Assembly: GCA_965153355.1 (NCBI GenBank)
Contig: OZ231126.1
Location: 34,286,001-34,350,000 of the forward strand
DNA: 64,000 nucleotides
Source: Flaccisagitta enflata
Taxonomy: Eukaryota
Direction of reading: 5' to 3'
The position numbers were made by a program, and so were the translations under genes. Below are positions 43,232 through 54,474 of the stretch, in pieces. Below the pieces are notes generated by a model. The model saw only the letters and a list, made by a program, of their open reading frames with translations. It searched no databases and was not told where the DNA came from. How positions within the stretch are numbered: the first letter of the stretch is position 1; every line of letters starts with the position of its first letter.

Positions 43232-46207
43232 TCATGCCGTGGCGTTAGGAGAGATGATTTCCGTTGGATTGGCTGCCTCCGTCGTCGACGGAGCTGTTGG
43301 TGCTGCTGCAGCCGCATCCTCTGACTTTTTGAAGGGAGCCAGCGGTACTTTATTTCCCTGCTTGTTTTCTCCTTTCTTCTCTTCCTTTTCTTCTTTCTTG
43401 TAGGTGCGCCCGTGGAGAATCGTCGCGTGCCGCTTCTTGCAGGTTTGGCAAGTCGGTCTGTTCACGCATCCTTTGGCGTTGTGTCCTGGCGTGAGACAGT
43501 GGAAGCAAAGACGACGAGACATGATCTTTTGAACTCTCGCGTCCACTTCCAACTCTAATAGTTGATGACAGTTTTCCGTTTGATGCATTCCACTGCAGAC
43601 GTTGCAGCGGTCCGTCGACTGCGTCTTTTGCTTGCCATTGGTCAAAGCATCTTCATATGATGATGGCGCTTCTTTCTCTGTAGTTGCGACTGCTGCCACT
43701 GATGCTGTTTTGCAGCTTGCGCCTTTGTTGCGCTGAATCACCGCCCATGTCTCGATCATATTGACCAAGTTGTCGAATGAAAACAATTGTCCATTTAGGG
43801 CTGCTTCATGTTGCTTTTCCCAGAATTTATCTGCAAGATGAGGGACCCTCTTGTTGAGAATCTCCTGCAGCAGCTCGTCACGATAGCATTGTTGCACTTC
43901 TCCACAGGTCCTCGCAATCTTCTTTGCCTTTTGCAACCTTGCAGACAAATTGAAATGCCTTGCATGGTCGGCCGACTGGATCTTCGCCTCCGCGACGATT
44001 TCGTTGAACAGCGCCGCAATGTTGCAGCGCCTTGCCATAAAGACGACGTCCATTTTTGCGAAGGCGTCGTCAATCTCTCCTCTTGCTGTCGCTTCAGTTG
44101 CATCAATCGTCGCAGTTTCTATGATCTCTTTTGCCGGACCAGCAAACCACTTAGGCAATTCCAATAAGATGTCCATTTGCGTCAAGCCTTCATGCTTCTC
44201 AGCATCTTTAAACTTCCTCTTCCACATCATAAAGTCGGTGGATGAAAGCTCCTGCAGAGGCTTCTCAGGTCTTGCTCTCTCCAACGCTTTGAGGCCGACC
44301 TCCCTTGCTCGCATGAGATCATTGTACGTCGCTCTTTCCAAAAACCTGTCCAGCGCCGGATTGTTGGGCATCTGAACGTGGACTTCCGGTTGACGGGCTA
44401 CTTGATGATGCTCCACTTGATGATACGCTGAGGGTTGTTGGACGAAGGCGTATTGACCCCCGACTTTCACCGGAGATCTCTTTTTGGTGGTTTTAACGCT
44501 CCACCCCACTTCCTCTTGCTGATTCACTTGTTGTTGACGATCATCTTGATGGAATCGGGGAGCATCAAAATCTTGGCGGACGTACTGTCGCTGTTGTTGT
44601 TCCTCTTTTCGTTGTTTTTCTTCTGCTCTCGCTGCGGCAAGGTCAAAGTCTCTCTGCTGAATCTGCATCTTCAAACTATCCACTTCTTGCTGCAAACGTT
44701 GATTCTGCTGGATGACTTCCGCTTGAGGCGTTACTAGAGGCGCTTGCGCTACTTTCGGCGCCTTCGGCTGCAATCCATTCGTTGTCTTCTTGGGAGCGAC
44801 TTTTCTTCTCTCTTTATCTTGCAGCTGTTGTGCCAACTTCGCGTCAGCGGCCTCCTGCTTCTGCCTCCTGCGCATCGCCTCCGTTGCATCACCTCCGCTT
44901 CCGGCTGTGTTGAAGACCTTTTCCTCTTGATGGGGAAGACCAGTCTCCCTTCTAGCAGAGCCAATCTGCTTCTCGAAGATCACTTCCGGTGCGGTAGGGA
45001 GAATCGTTGCTGCTGGGGCTTGATGATGCTGATCTTGATGCTGTTGCTGTTGTTGAAGCCGTTGCTGCTGCCACTGTTGATGTTGAAGCTGCTGTTGCTG
45101 GTCAGGACGCTGTTGCTGTTCATTCTGCTGCTGCAGTTGACGCTGACGTTGTCCTTGCTGCTGCTGCTGCTCCCACTGTTGCTGCTGCTGCATCGGCTGC
45201 TTGACGGACGTTTCCACTGACTGCACATGACGTTGCTGTGTGTTCGAATTGAAGTTTCTGAAGATAGATCGACGGTCTTTTGGCGGATGCTGCGGCTGCT
45301 GCTGTTCCAGCTCAGACAGTTGCCTAAGCTTCACATCACGCTGCTCTAAAGCCCCACCAATGCCGCCGTCGTTCAGGCTATTCCAGTGCTTTCGTTGCAT
45401 TTCTGCCGCATTGTTGAATATTCCCGCTCTTCTATCTTCATCTCGTTGCTGCTGCTGGAGAAAGTTACACATTCTGTCGTATAACTCTTTGTCTTCTTGT
45501 GATGAGCTTCGCTGTTGGAATCCCAATGGCACCGCGATCGGCGCCTTTGGAGCTGTTGCTGCACCACCACCTTCACCTTCAGCCATCATGCGCAGCCGTT
45601 GATCTGCAAGGCGTTGCTGTCTCTCTTCTTCTGTCTCCTCACTGACGTTCATGCTTTCGACAAGATGGTTGTTTGAAGCTGGAGGATCCACCACCACCGC
45701 TGGGATTGCGGCGGAAGGTTGCTGTTGCTGCTGCTGTTGCTGTTGCGTACTTTCTCCTGCATCGTTTTGCCGCTGTTGTTGTTGTTCGTGCGGCTGCATT
45801 GCCGTTTGTCGCAGCTCTTGTTGTTGTTGCTGTTGCTGTTGTTGCTGCTGTTGATCGTGTTGTTGTTGTTGTTGAGCGCCGGCTGCAGGATCTTGTTGAC
45901 AAAATTGTTGGAGTTGCTGCAACTGCTGCTGCTGCAACAGCTCTTGCTGCTGCCGTTGAGCCGTCGTTTGCTGCTGCTCCTGTGGTCGGTGGAGTTGACG
46001 TTGCTGTTGGAGTTGCTGCTGCATCTGCAATTGATGCTGCTGCTGTTGCTCCTGCTGCTGTCGCTGCTCCTCCTCCCGTTGTTGCTGCTGCATATCGTCA
46101 ATCAGCCGACGGCCTTGTCGCATTTCCTCCTCCAACTGCCTGCCCCATCTGTCTCTCTCAGCACTCCTGTTGACGAAGCGTCGCCTCGCCCTCTCCTGCG
46201 GCGTCAA
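43232..46207 (-). CDS. gag: Gag: polyQ-rich N-terminal half, capsid-like region, three zinc knuckles
   Basis: CNVCSGMHQTENC, CFHCLTPGHNAKGC, CQTCKKRHATILH; FMMWKRKF capsid-region motif. Confidence 0.92.
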   Translation of the reverse strand: MTPQERARRRFVNRSAERDRWGRQLEEEMRQGRRLIDDMQQQQREEEQRQQQEQQQQHQLQMQQQLQQQRQLHRPQEQQQTTAQRQQQELLQQQQLQQLQQFCQQDPAAGAQQQQQHDQQQQQQQQQQQQELRQTAMQPHEQQQQRQNDAGESTQQQQQQQQQPSAAIPAVVVDPPASNNHLVESMNVSEETEEERQQRLADQRLRMMAEGEGGGAATAPKAPIAVPLGFQQRSSSQEDKELYDRMCNFLQQQQRDEDRRAGIFNNAAEMQRKHWNSLNDGGIGGALEQRDVKLRQLSELEQQQPQHPPKDRRSIFRNFNSNTQQRHVQSVETSVKQPMQQQQQWEQQQQQGQRQRQLQQQNEQQQRPDQQQQLQHQQWQQQRLQQQQQHQDQHHQAPAATILPTAPEVIFEKQIGSARRETGLPHQEEKVFNTAGSGGDATEAMRRRQKQEAADAKLAQQLQDKERRKVAPKKTTNGLQPKAPKVAQAPLVTPQAEVIQQNQRLQQEVDSLKMQIQQRDFDLAAARAEEKQRKEEQQQRQYVRQDFDAPRFHQDDRQQQVNQQEEVGWSVKTTKKRSPVKVGGQYAFVQQPSAYHQVEHHQVARQPEVHVQMPNNPALDRFLERATYNDLMRAREVGLKALERARPEKPLQELSSTDFMMWKRKFKDAEKHEGLTQMDILLELPKWFAGPAKEIIETATIDATEATARGEIDDAFAKMDVVFMARRCNIAALFNEIVAEAKIQSADHARHFNLSARLQKAKKIARTCGEVQQCYRDELLQEILNKRVPHLADKFWEKQHEAALNGQLFSFDNLVNMIETWAVIQRNKGASCKTASVAAVATTEKEAPSSYEDALTNGKQKTQSTDRCNVCSGMHQTENCHQLLELEVDARVQKIMSRRLCFHCLTPGHNAKGCVNRPTCQTCKKRHATILHGRTYKKEEKEEKKGENKQGNKVPLAPFKKSEDAAAAAPTAPSTTEAANPTEIISPNATA

Positions 46208-46997
46208 TCCGTTGATGATCCCGCGACCTCTTGCAAGAGCGTCGCGTCGTCGAGATCCGCAAGCATGTCGTCAGCTTGCTCCATCGGAGACGCACGCGCA
46301 GGTTCGATTTCGAGACCAAATCTGATACCCATTGATTGGCGGCATCTCCTCTTTGGATCGGCAGATTTAAAAATTGGCCGCCAGTTGGAGATTGCGCACC
46401 ATGTCGTGGGACCGGAAGTGGTAAATACTCGGATCCGTCGGGGTTTGGCGACGACGTTCGCATCCTTGGAGTCGGAGCGCCGGTAACATTGTCACGGGCG
46501 GCGTGGGTGTCAGTTGGGAGACTATTCCATGAGAATTCGTTGACGGGCCTTTTGCAATTCCCAATGTCATTATGCACTGCGTTCACGATGTCGGCGTTGG
46601 AAGGAAAACCCTCTGGATAGTTTTCACGATCAAAGAAACGCATGGAGTCCCACTCGCGCCGGATTCGACGCAAAGAAGACGCCGCGAATCGAAGAGGGTC
46701 GCCGGGCATCGAGTCGAGCGCCATTTGTCTTGCATACGATATAAAGTCGTAGACCATGTCCCGAAGGCCGTGTCGAGCGCCATCCGATTCACAGGCGGCG
46801 TCGTCGAAGTCGTTCGTTCCTTCGGTGCAAGTAGAAACGGCGTCGAAAAGGCGCCGGCATCCTTCAATTTCCGCAGTGATGTCGTTCCTCATTGCGCGCA
46901 AACGATTCGACCTCGGACACTGATTCAAACCGAAGTGAGATACACGAGATGACGTTGAAGCAGTCGAGACGGTGTCGTCGTTACGCGCGGCTGCCAT
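46158..46997 (-). CDS. Probable N-terminal segment of Gag (frameshifted from the main gag ORF)
   Basis: First ATG (ACAATGG) 64 nt after the 5' LTR; 279-aa open frame overlapping the gag ORF. Confidence 0.65.
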   Translation of the reverse strand: MAAARNDDTVSTASTSSRVSHFGLNQCPRSNRLRAMRNDITAEIEGCRRLFDAVSTCTEGTNDFDDAACESDGARHGLRDMVYDFISYARQMALDSMPGDPLRFAASSLRRIRREWDSMRFFDRENYPEGFPSNADIVNAVHNDIGNCKRPVNEFSWNSLPTDTHAARDNVTGAPTPRMRTSSPNPDGSEYLPLPVPRHGAQSPTGGQFLNLPIQRGDAANQWVSDLVSKSNLRVRLRWSKLTTCLRISTTRRSCKRSRDHQRIDAAGEGEATLRQQEC

Positions 46998-47049
46998 TGT
47001 CCAATTTCGCTTTCGGAGGTCGAAGATGAAAAGAATCGAGTCGTTTTTA

Positions 47050-47060
47050 AATTGTTGAAA
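47050..47060 (-). promoter_or_regulatory. Putative self-priming primer-binding site
   Basis: TTTCAACAATT abuts the 5' LTR, has no TGG tRNA-type start, and is complementary to AGTTGTTGAAA at 47199-47189. Confidence 0.7.
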
Positions 47061-47976
47061 TATAAAATTACGCCCACGAGTTTCAACTGGCACTGTCTAT
47101 GAGCGTCTATCTGACTGACGACTTGTGGTGAAAGAAAGTTGGCCGATTGGAAAATAGGAAGGCGATCGTCTCGTTTATTCCATAAAAATTTCAACAACTG
47201 AAGAGAGGGGGAAAAATGAAAGGGAAAGTGGGCGTTAATTGTGATCAGCAAACGCAAAAGATAACATGAAATCGAGATAGGACACAATAAAGGACAGAAA
47301 CAGCACATGACAACATGTTCATCTTCTTCAGAGCCCATGCCACCTGATAATACCTGCCCCTGCCCCGGCCCATCCCATTAAATTCATCCATATCATCCCT
47401 ATAGCAAGCTGATCGGACAAGCGATAAAAACCATACTAAAATCCGGCGATAAAAATGCAAAAGGGCAAAAGACAAAAATAACAGACCGGAAGACAAGATA
47501 AAAACAACGTTAATAAAAGCAGAAACACGTCTATAAAACTTACTTTTAGGCCCACTTTCGTTGGTTTCAACCCACAGTCTGTCGATGTCAAATTAACGTT
47601 AATTGTCCGTTCATTAGTTTATCTGCAATAAAAAGATGAGAGATTATTGAAATTAGTGAATTCCAAGGGCGCATTCAAACGATCATAAAAATCAATCAAT
47701 CACTTTAAGAAGCGATGCCATAATTAAATAAAATCAATCAATCCAAAAATTGGATGATACGAAAGACGAGTTACGTATATTTGCCTACGTAGTAAAAACA
47801 AATGGCACAAAATCAAGGCGCAACCATATGGTTACCCATCTAGCGTTCAATATAAAAAATGGCAAGAAACAAAAGACACGGGCATCGAATAGTAGAGAAA
47901 GAGAAAAAGCCAAAAGCACGCAAAAGAGACAGAAGGCACACACACCTAAGAGACGGACAGACATACATTTCTAACA
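47061..47976 (-). repeat. 5' LTR (916 bp)
   Basis: TGTTAG start at 47976, TTTATA end at 47061; direct repeat of 34776-35686. Confidence 0.95.
47174..47201 (-). promoter_or_regulatory. Predicted initiator (TCAGTT, +1 at 47199) and AATAAA poly(A) signal defining R
   Basis: TCAGTT at 47201-47196 after a pyrimidine tract; AATAAA at 47179-47174; both are present in the 3' LTR. Confidence 0.6.
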
Positions 47977-49985
47977 GGTGGTGTGACATAAATCGGAGAA
48001 TTCTGGGCTGTGTGACATACATCAGAGAAAACTGGGTAGTGTGACATACCTCAGAGAATTCCGGGCTGTGTGACATACATCGGAGAAAACTGGGTGGTGT
48101 GACATACATCGGAGAATTCTGGGTTCTGTGACATACATCAGAGAAAATTGGGTGGTGTGACATACATCAGAGAATTCTGGGCTGTGTGATATACATTGAA
48201 GAAACTGGGTGGTGTGACATACATCAGAGAATTCCGGGCTGTGTGACATACATCGGAGAAACTGGGTGGTGTGACATACATTGAAGAATTCTGGGATGTG
48301 TGACATATATCGGACAAAACTGGGTGGTGTGACATACATCAGAGAATTCTGGGCTGTTTGACATACATTGGAGAAAACTGGATGGTGTGACATACATCGG
48401 AGAAATCTGGGCTGTGTGACATACATTGGAGAAAACTGGGCGGTGTGACATATATTGAAGAATTCTGGGCTGTGTGACATACATTGGAGAATTTTGGGCT
48501 GTATGACATACATTGGAGAAAACTGGGTGGTGTGACATACATCGGAGAATTCTGGGTTATGTGACATACATTGGAGAAAACTGGGTGGTGTGACATACAT
48601 CGGAGAATTTTTGGCTGTCGGACCTGCAGCGAAGAAAACTGGGTGGTGTGACATACATCGGAGAATTCTGGGCTGTGTGACATACATTGGAGAAAACTGG
48701 GTGGCGTGACATACATTGGAGAATTCTAGGCTGTGTGACATACAATGGAGAAAATTTGGTGGTGTGACGTACATTGGAGAATTCTAGGCTGTGTGACATA
48801 CATTGGAGAAAACTGGGTGGTGTGACATACATTGGAGAATTCTGGGCTGTATGACATACACTGGAGAAAACTGGGGGGTGTGACAGATATTGGAAAATTC
48901 AGGGCTGTGTAACATACATTATAGAAAACTTGGTGGTGTGACATACATCAGAGAATTCTGGGATGTGTGACATGTGCAACAATTCATCCTACATACATTG
49001 TAGAAAAAATGGGTGAAGTGACATACATCAGAGAATTCTGGACTGTGTGACATACATTGGAAAAACTGGGTGGTGTGACATACATCGGAGAATTATGGGC
49101 TGTGTGACGTACATTGGAAAAAACTAGGTGGTGTGACAGACATTGGAGATAACTGGGTGGTGTGACATACATCGGAGAATTCTGGGCTGTGTGACATACA
49201 TTAGAGAAAACTTGGTGGTGTGACACACATCAAAGAATTTTGGGCTGTGTGACCTACATCAAAGAAAACTGGGTGGTGTGACATAAATCGGAGAATTCTG
49301 GGCTGTGTGACATACATCAGAGAAAACTGGGTGGTGTGACATACGTCAGAGAATTCCGGGCTGTGTGACATACATCGGAGAAAACTGGGTGGTGTGACAT
49401 ACATCGGAGAATTCTGGGTTCTGTGACATACAAAAGAGAAAATTGGGTGGTGTGACATACATCGGAGAATTCTGGGCTGTGTGATATACTTTGAAGAAAC
49501 TGGGTGGTGTGACATACATCAGAGAATTTCGGGCTGTGTGACATACATTGGAGAAACTGGGTGGTGTGACATATGAATTTTGGTTTAAAAGTGATAATCA
49601 TTGCCCTAACTACTTTTGGTAAGCAGTTTGCTTTTGGGTTAGATTGAGAAGGAATGTTTTTCGGATTGTTTTATGGAAAACTAGGAGTGGTGCGCGTAGT
49701 AACTAGTCAGTGAGGGTTCACAAGGCCCTCTTCCATTTATTTCAGTTTGGGTATAGTGAGGGATATTGTTCCACTTTTCATACATCGAAGAATTCTGGCA
49801 TGTGTGACATATATTGGACAAAACTGGGTGGTGTGACATACATCAGAGAATTCTGGGCTGTTTGACATACATTGGAGAAAACTGGATGGTGTGACATACA
49901 TAGGAGAAATCTGGGCTGTGTGACATACATTGGAGAAAACTGGGCGGTGTGATATATATTGGAGAATTCTGGGCTGTGTGACATA
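47977..49985 (+). repeat. Satellite of alternating ~29-bp subunits (right part)
   Basis: Same units as 34355-34775; interrupted by unrelated sequence at ~49575-49778. Confidence 0.95.
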
Positions 49986-50130
49986 TAATGGGGAGAAAGA
50001 AAAAACTAAAAAAAAACAAAAGCAATTTTACGATTTTTTTCCGGTCGGCGAGAGCCGCCTTTACTGGTAGGAAAAGAAAAAATAGAATTGAATAAGTAGA
50101 AGAAGAATTAGAAAAGGAAGAACAAAGAAG

Positions 50131-50744
50131 AACAAGTGACGCAAGGTCACAATATCGTTGCGGACGGGTGGGTAGGGGCAATCAAACCCCATCCCCATCC
50201 CAAACCCTACAAACATCCACAAAAAGCATCCAAAATGTTCATTTCCCAACTTTTTGACTCATGCTCACAGACCAACGGACCAAAGGAGTTAAGTGACGGA
50301 CCGACGGACGGACAAAGCCTCATATAAGAGTTGCATGTCCACAACTAAAAAAGATGAATAAGAAGAGGTGGTAAAGAAGAAGATAAAAAGAAGAAGGAAA
50401 ACAAGAAAGTGGGGAAAAATGATAAGGACAAGAAGAATAGAAAGTGGGAGAAATCAGCAATAAAGACGTTTGGGAAGAACAAGTGACGCGGGGTCACAAT
50501 ATTGATGCGGACGGGTGGGCAGGGGCAGCCAACCCTTATCCACACCCAACGTCCCACCCAACCCCCCTTCCAACACAGACGCATGCTTGTTTTCCCACTT
50601 TTCGACTCGTGCTCACGGACCAACGGACGGTCCGAGGGACCAGTGGTTGGACCAATGGACGGACCGACTGACCGATGGTTGGACCAACGGACGGACCGAC
50701 CGACGGACCGACAAAGCCTCTAATAGAGTTGCGTGTCCGCAACT
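50131..50744 (+). mobile_element. Two DINE-1/HINE-like family A elements (50131-50346, 50478-50744)
   Basis: aacaagtgacgc..ggtcacaatat start, (ggac)n, end agagttgcgtgtccgcaact-aaaaa hairpin. Confidence 0.7.
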
Positions 50745-51166
50745 AAAAAGACGAAGGAAATTTGCGAGCAAGCACAAGTATTCCCTGGTACTTATATATG
50801 TTTTGCACTCTTGTTTTGCAAACAGAAATATCGTCCTACATAATAAATGAACTGATTGACTTGGAGCAATTGACTTATGGTTAAGTTTGAGGTTTGTGTC
50901 AGGGAGATCCACCTACCCCATGACTTACCGAATGGCCATCGCGCGTCAGACCGACCAATGATAGATTCTAGCCGATTCAGAATCTTGGGTAGGGCCGGGG
51001 GGGGGCTGGGGGGTGAATGGGGGAGGGCATGAAACAAGTCGGAGCCGGAGCAAGCGAGATAAACATAAGAGATGACGCTTTGAGTCAAGAGCGAGAAAAT
51101 TAAAAGAAGAAAACAAATGACGTCTTGAAGGTGGAGGTGTGACAAAAAGGAACGTGACGGAGACAG

Positions 51167-51204
<38 letters not shown>

Positions 51205-51554
51205 AACGCACATAAAATTCAAAACCAACAAGCACGCACTCACAGTACCCAGTATCTAGTCAATCTATTCACAATTACGAATGGAGAGACCAGAAAACTC
51301 GTAAAACGCCACTGTTGATCAAGGTTTAGATTTAAATGTTAAAAGATTAACTACAGATCTTGAGTGGGATCAAGCTCAACTCCATCGGAGACACTCGAGA
51401 TAAACGTCTCAAAGTCCCAGGCACTCTTTCTCTCTCTCTCTAACTGATCAGTATTCCGGTCTTAGGACTTATCGCATGAACATGAGAGGCAATAAAGCCT
51501 GACGACGTTTGCAGCTTCGTTATCAAACGGATTTCGATAAGAATCAAGGAGAAT

Positions 51555-51950
51555 TCACATTTGCCACAGAAACGTATGCCATCGCAAAGAAATCATGACA
51601 GATGCCACTGAAGATGTATCCCGAGTTATGGCATATACCATCGCAGATGAATCATGACAGATGCCACTAAAGATGTATCCCGAGTAATGGCATTTGCCAT
51701 CGTAGATAAATCATGACAGATGCCACCAAAGACGTATCCCGAGTCATGGCAAATGCCTTTTCAGATAAGTCATGACAGATGCCACTAAACATGTATCCCG
51801 AGTTATGGCATTTGCCATCGTAAATAAATCATGACAGATGCCACCAAAGATGTATCCCAAGTCATGGCATATGCCTTTTCAGATAAGTTATGACAGATGC
51901 CACTAAACGTGCATCTGGAGTCGTGGCATATGCCATCGCAGATGAACCTG
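51555..51950 (+). repeat. 59-bp tandem repeat, about 6-7 copies
   Basis: Unit gatgccactaaagatgtatcccgagttatggcatttgccatcgcagataaatcatgaca. Confidence 0.92.
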
Positions 51951-52202
51951 CCACATTAGATGAATCATTGTATTCGTTGTCGTAAAAAAATGTTCACAGC
52001 TAGCTGACTCAGCCTGACGGGATATGTTTTACAATGCGTCCCTGCATTGCCTGATCCTTGTCATCCGTTGATGTTGATGTCGAGCACGATATGTTACTGA
52101 ATCAGTTTGTCCATTGACTGTAATTATTTGTTAGATGATAAATTGACAGGCGACGAAAAACAAAACAAAAGGAAAAAGAAATGTTCCTCGTCTCTGTCTT
52201 TA

Positions 52203-52288
52203 GGGGTTGTCGCATTGGTCGTATTATCGAGATATCATCGAGATATTCCCTATGTAATATCTTGATAATTTTCCCAATGCGACGCCCC
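52203..52288. mobile_element. Tiny PIF/Harbinger-type MITE
   Basis: GGGGTTGTCGCATTGG...CCAATGCGACGCCCC with TTA on both sides (52200-52202, 52289-52291). Confidence 0.7.
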
Positions 52289-52803
52289 TTACGTTATTTG
52301 ATATTTGATACCTGATATTGAGGATTTTTCTTCTAACGTAATCAGCCAAATGTATAGACAATGATAGATATTAGATAAGCAATGAAGGGCGTCGTGGAGG
52401 GGGGGTTGGGGTTGAAGAATTCTAAATGGGAATTAGGGGTACGATGGTGAGAAAACGTTTGCTTTTTTCTGACGCCTAACTTCCGCCAATCCTTAACCAA
52501 TTATGGATTACAATATTTTGAGCAATTTTGACGGAATAAAGATGGATACCGAGATATACTTATGATGCGCAACTGACTTGGAAGCGAGTAAATGTGCATT
52601 TGTCTGGCGTTTGGGGGCTGGCTGGTAACATGATTCTTCTATGCTTACAGGAGCGAACTGAAACTGCGAAACTGAAAAATCAAGATAGTTACGTTCAATT
52701 AGTTTTTTACGACAATCTATGTAGAAGTGATTTGACTGAATTGCCAGGCAAAAAGTTTGCATAAAGACGGATTGAAAAGAAAAAGAGTATGAGCAAGAGA
52801 GAA

Positions 52804-52849
<46 letters not shown>

Positions 52850-53095
52850 CCAGATGGGAAGACAGTGTGTCACAGAGAGACACAGAGAGAAGGAGGGAGA
52901 GAAAAAAAAGAAAAGAAACCCGGGACAGAAATTTGTCACTGGGGATTGTTTGTATCAAGTGAAGCGGTTATCTCTTCTTATCTCCTCCCTCGGGATGATG
53001 ATTTGGAAAGCCGCTATGAAATTGCCTTCATTTCCTCGGCAAGGGGAATGTTTCCGTTTGACAGCCGAGAGAGGGCGCCCATAAGGAGAGAAAGA

Positions 53096-53173
<78 letters not shown>

Positions 53174-53835
53174 GATAGAGACAGAGAGACAGAGAGACAG
53201 AGAGACAGAGAGACAGACTGAGACAGACAGGCTAACAGTAGGACAGACTGATAAGGTTGTCAGACGGCAAAAAAAAAAGTTCAGTCACCAGGCAAATCTC
53301 TAAACTTGAAGAGATATTTCATTACTATATACTATTCTAACAATATCACTTTATTCTAATGCTGAGGACATGAATAAATCATTAAAAGCATAACTCTACA
53401 AGGAAAGGTTTCCAAATTCCTGATAACCGACTGATGCATTTTCAGAAAGAGAATGGTGACCGAAGAAAAAAGATGAGTCAAAAAACCTGCCCCAGAAAGT
53501 GGGAGTTGTGGGGGTTTTGGGTTTGTGGGGGTTGTGGGGTAAAGTGTGAGGATCAAAGAACAGAAAAATAGGTGTGAGGATGTGAGGACAGAAAAAGACA
53601 AAAATGAGAGCTGGAAGTTGGAAAAGAAACCAGAAATTAAAAATCAAGAAGACAGAAACCGGATGAGCCGTCCATACGTGTCTGTCTGTGTCTGTTTGTC
53701 CGTGTCTGTCTGTCCTTGTCTGTCCGTGTCGTCATGGATTCCTGGGCGTGAATCGCGAGAGGCTTCAATGGAATCTGCGGACCGAATCGCGCTTCGGTGC
53801 CTCCCAGATGCTCCTCTTGACGAACGGGTGACATC

Positions 53836-53836
<1 letters not shown>

Positions 53837-53919
<83 letters not shown>

Positions 53920-54264
53920 TAATGTAGTGTGTGTGTCGTGTGTGTGTGTGTAATAATGTAATGTAATGTAATGTGTAATGTAATGTAGTGTGTGTTGTGT
54001 GTGTGTGTATGTGTGTGTTGTGTGTGTATTGATAGTAGTAATGTGTGTGTGTGTGTGTAGTGTGTAATTAATGTAGTAATATTGATAATGTAGTAGTGAT
54101 AGTTTGTGATAGTTAGTGATAGTGTGATGTGTGTGTTGTGTGTGTGTGTGTGTGTAGTGTGTATTAATGTAGTAAATTGATTGGCAATATTAATGTGTGT
54201 GTGTGTGTGTGTGTGTGTGTATTAGGGTAGTAACGTGTGGAATGATTATAATTATATTAAGTAT

Positions 54265-54301
<37 letters not shown>

Positions 54302-54310
54302 TGTTATGAT

Positions 54311-54355
<45 letters not shown>

Positions 54356-54439
54356 ATGTGTGAGATGATGAGAGGAGAGGAAAAGAGAGTGGCGTATTAT
54401 GATGATATTAGAGTGATGTGATGATAATAGTGTAGTGTG

Positions 54440-54474
<35 letters not shown>

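Larger units (their letters stand above)
34776..47976 (-). mobile_element. Full-length BEL/Pao (Belpaoviridae) LTR retrotransposon
   Basis: Two LTRs, TSD GGTGG (34771-34775, 47977-47981), Gag with three zinc knuckles, PR-RT-RNaseH-IN order with BEL-type RNase H and C-terminal motifs. Confidence 0.97.

Noticed and set aside
47053-47060. TGTTGAAA as a canonical TG terminus of the right-hand LTR
   Set aside because: Absent from the other LTR, where the TSD abuts TATAAA; better explained as the PBS, though other copies are needed to be sure
47977-49985. CRISPR-like regular repeats, and Cys/His-rich ORFs over them
   Set aside because: No unique spacers, no cas genes, eukaryotic context; it is a satellite
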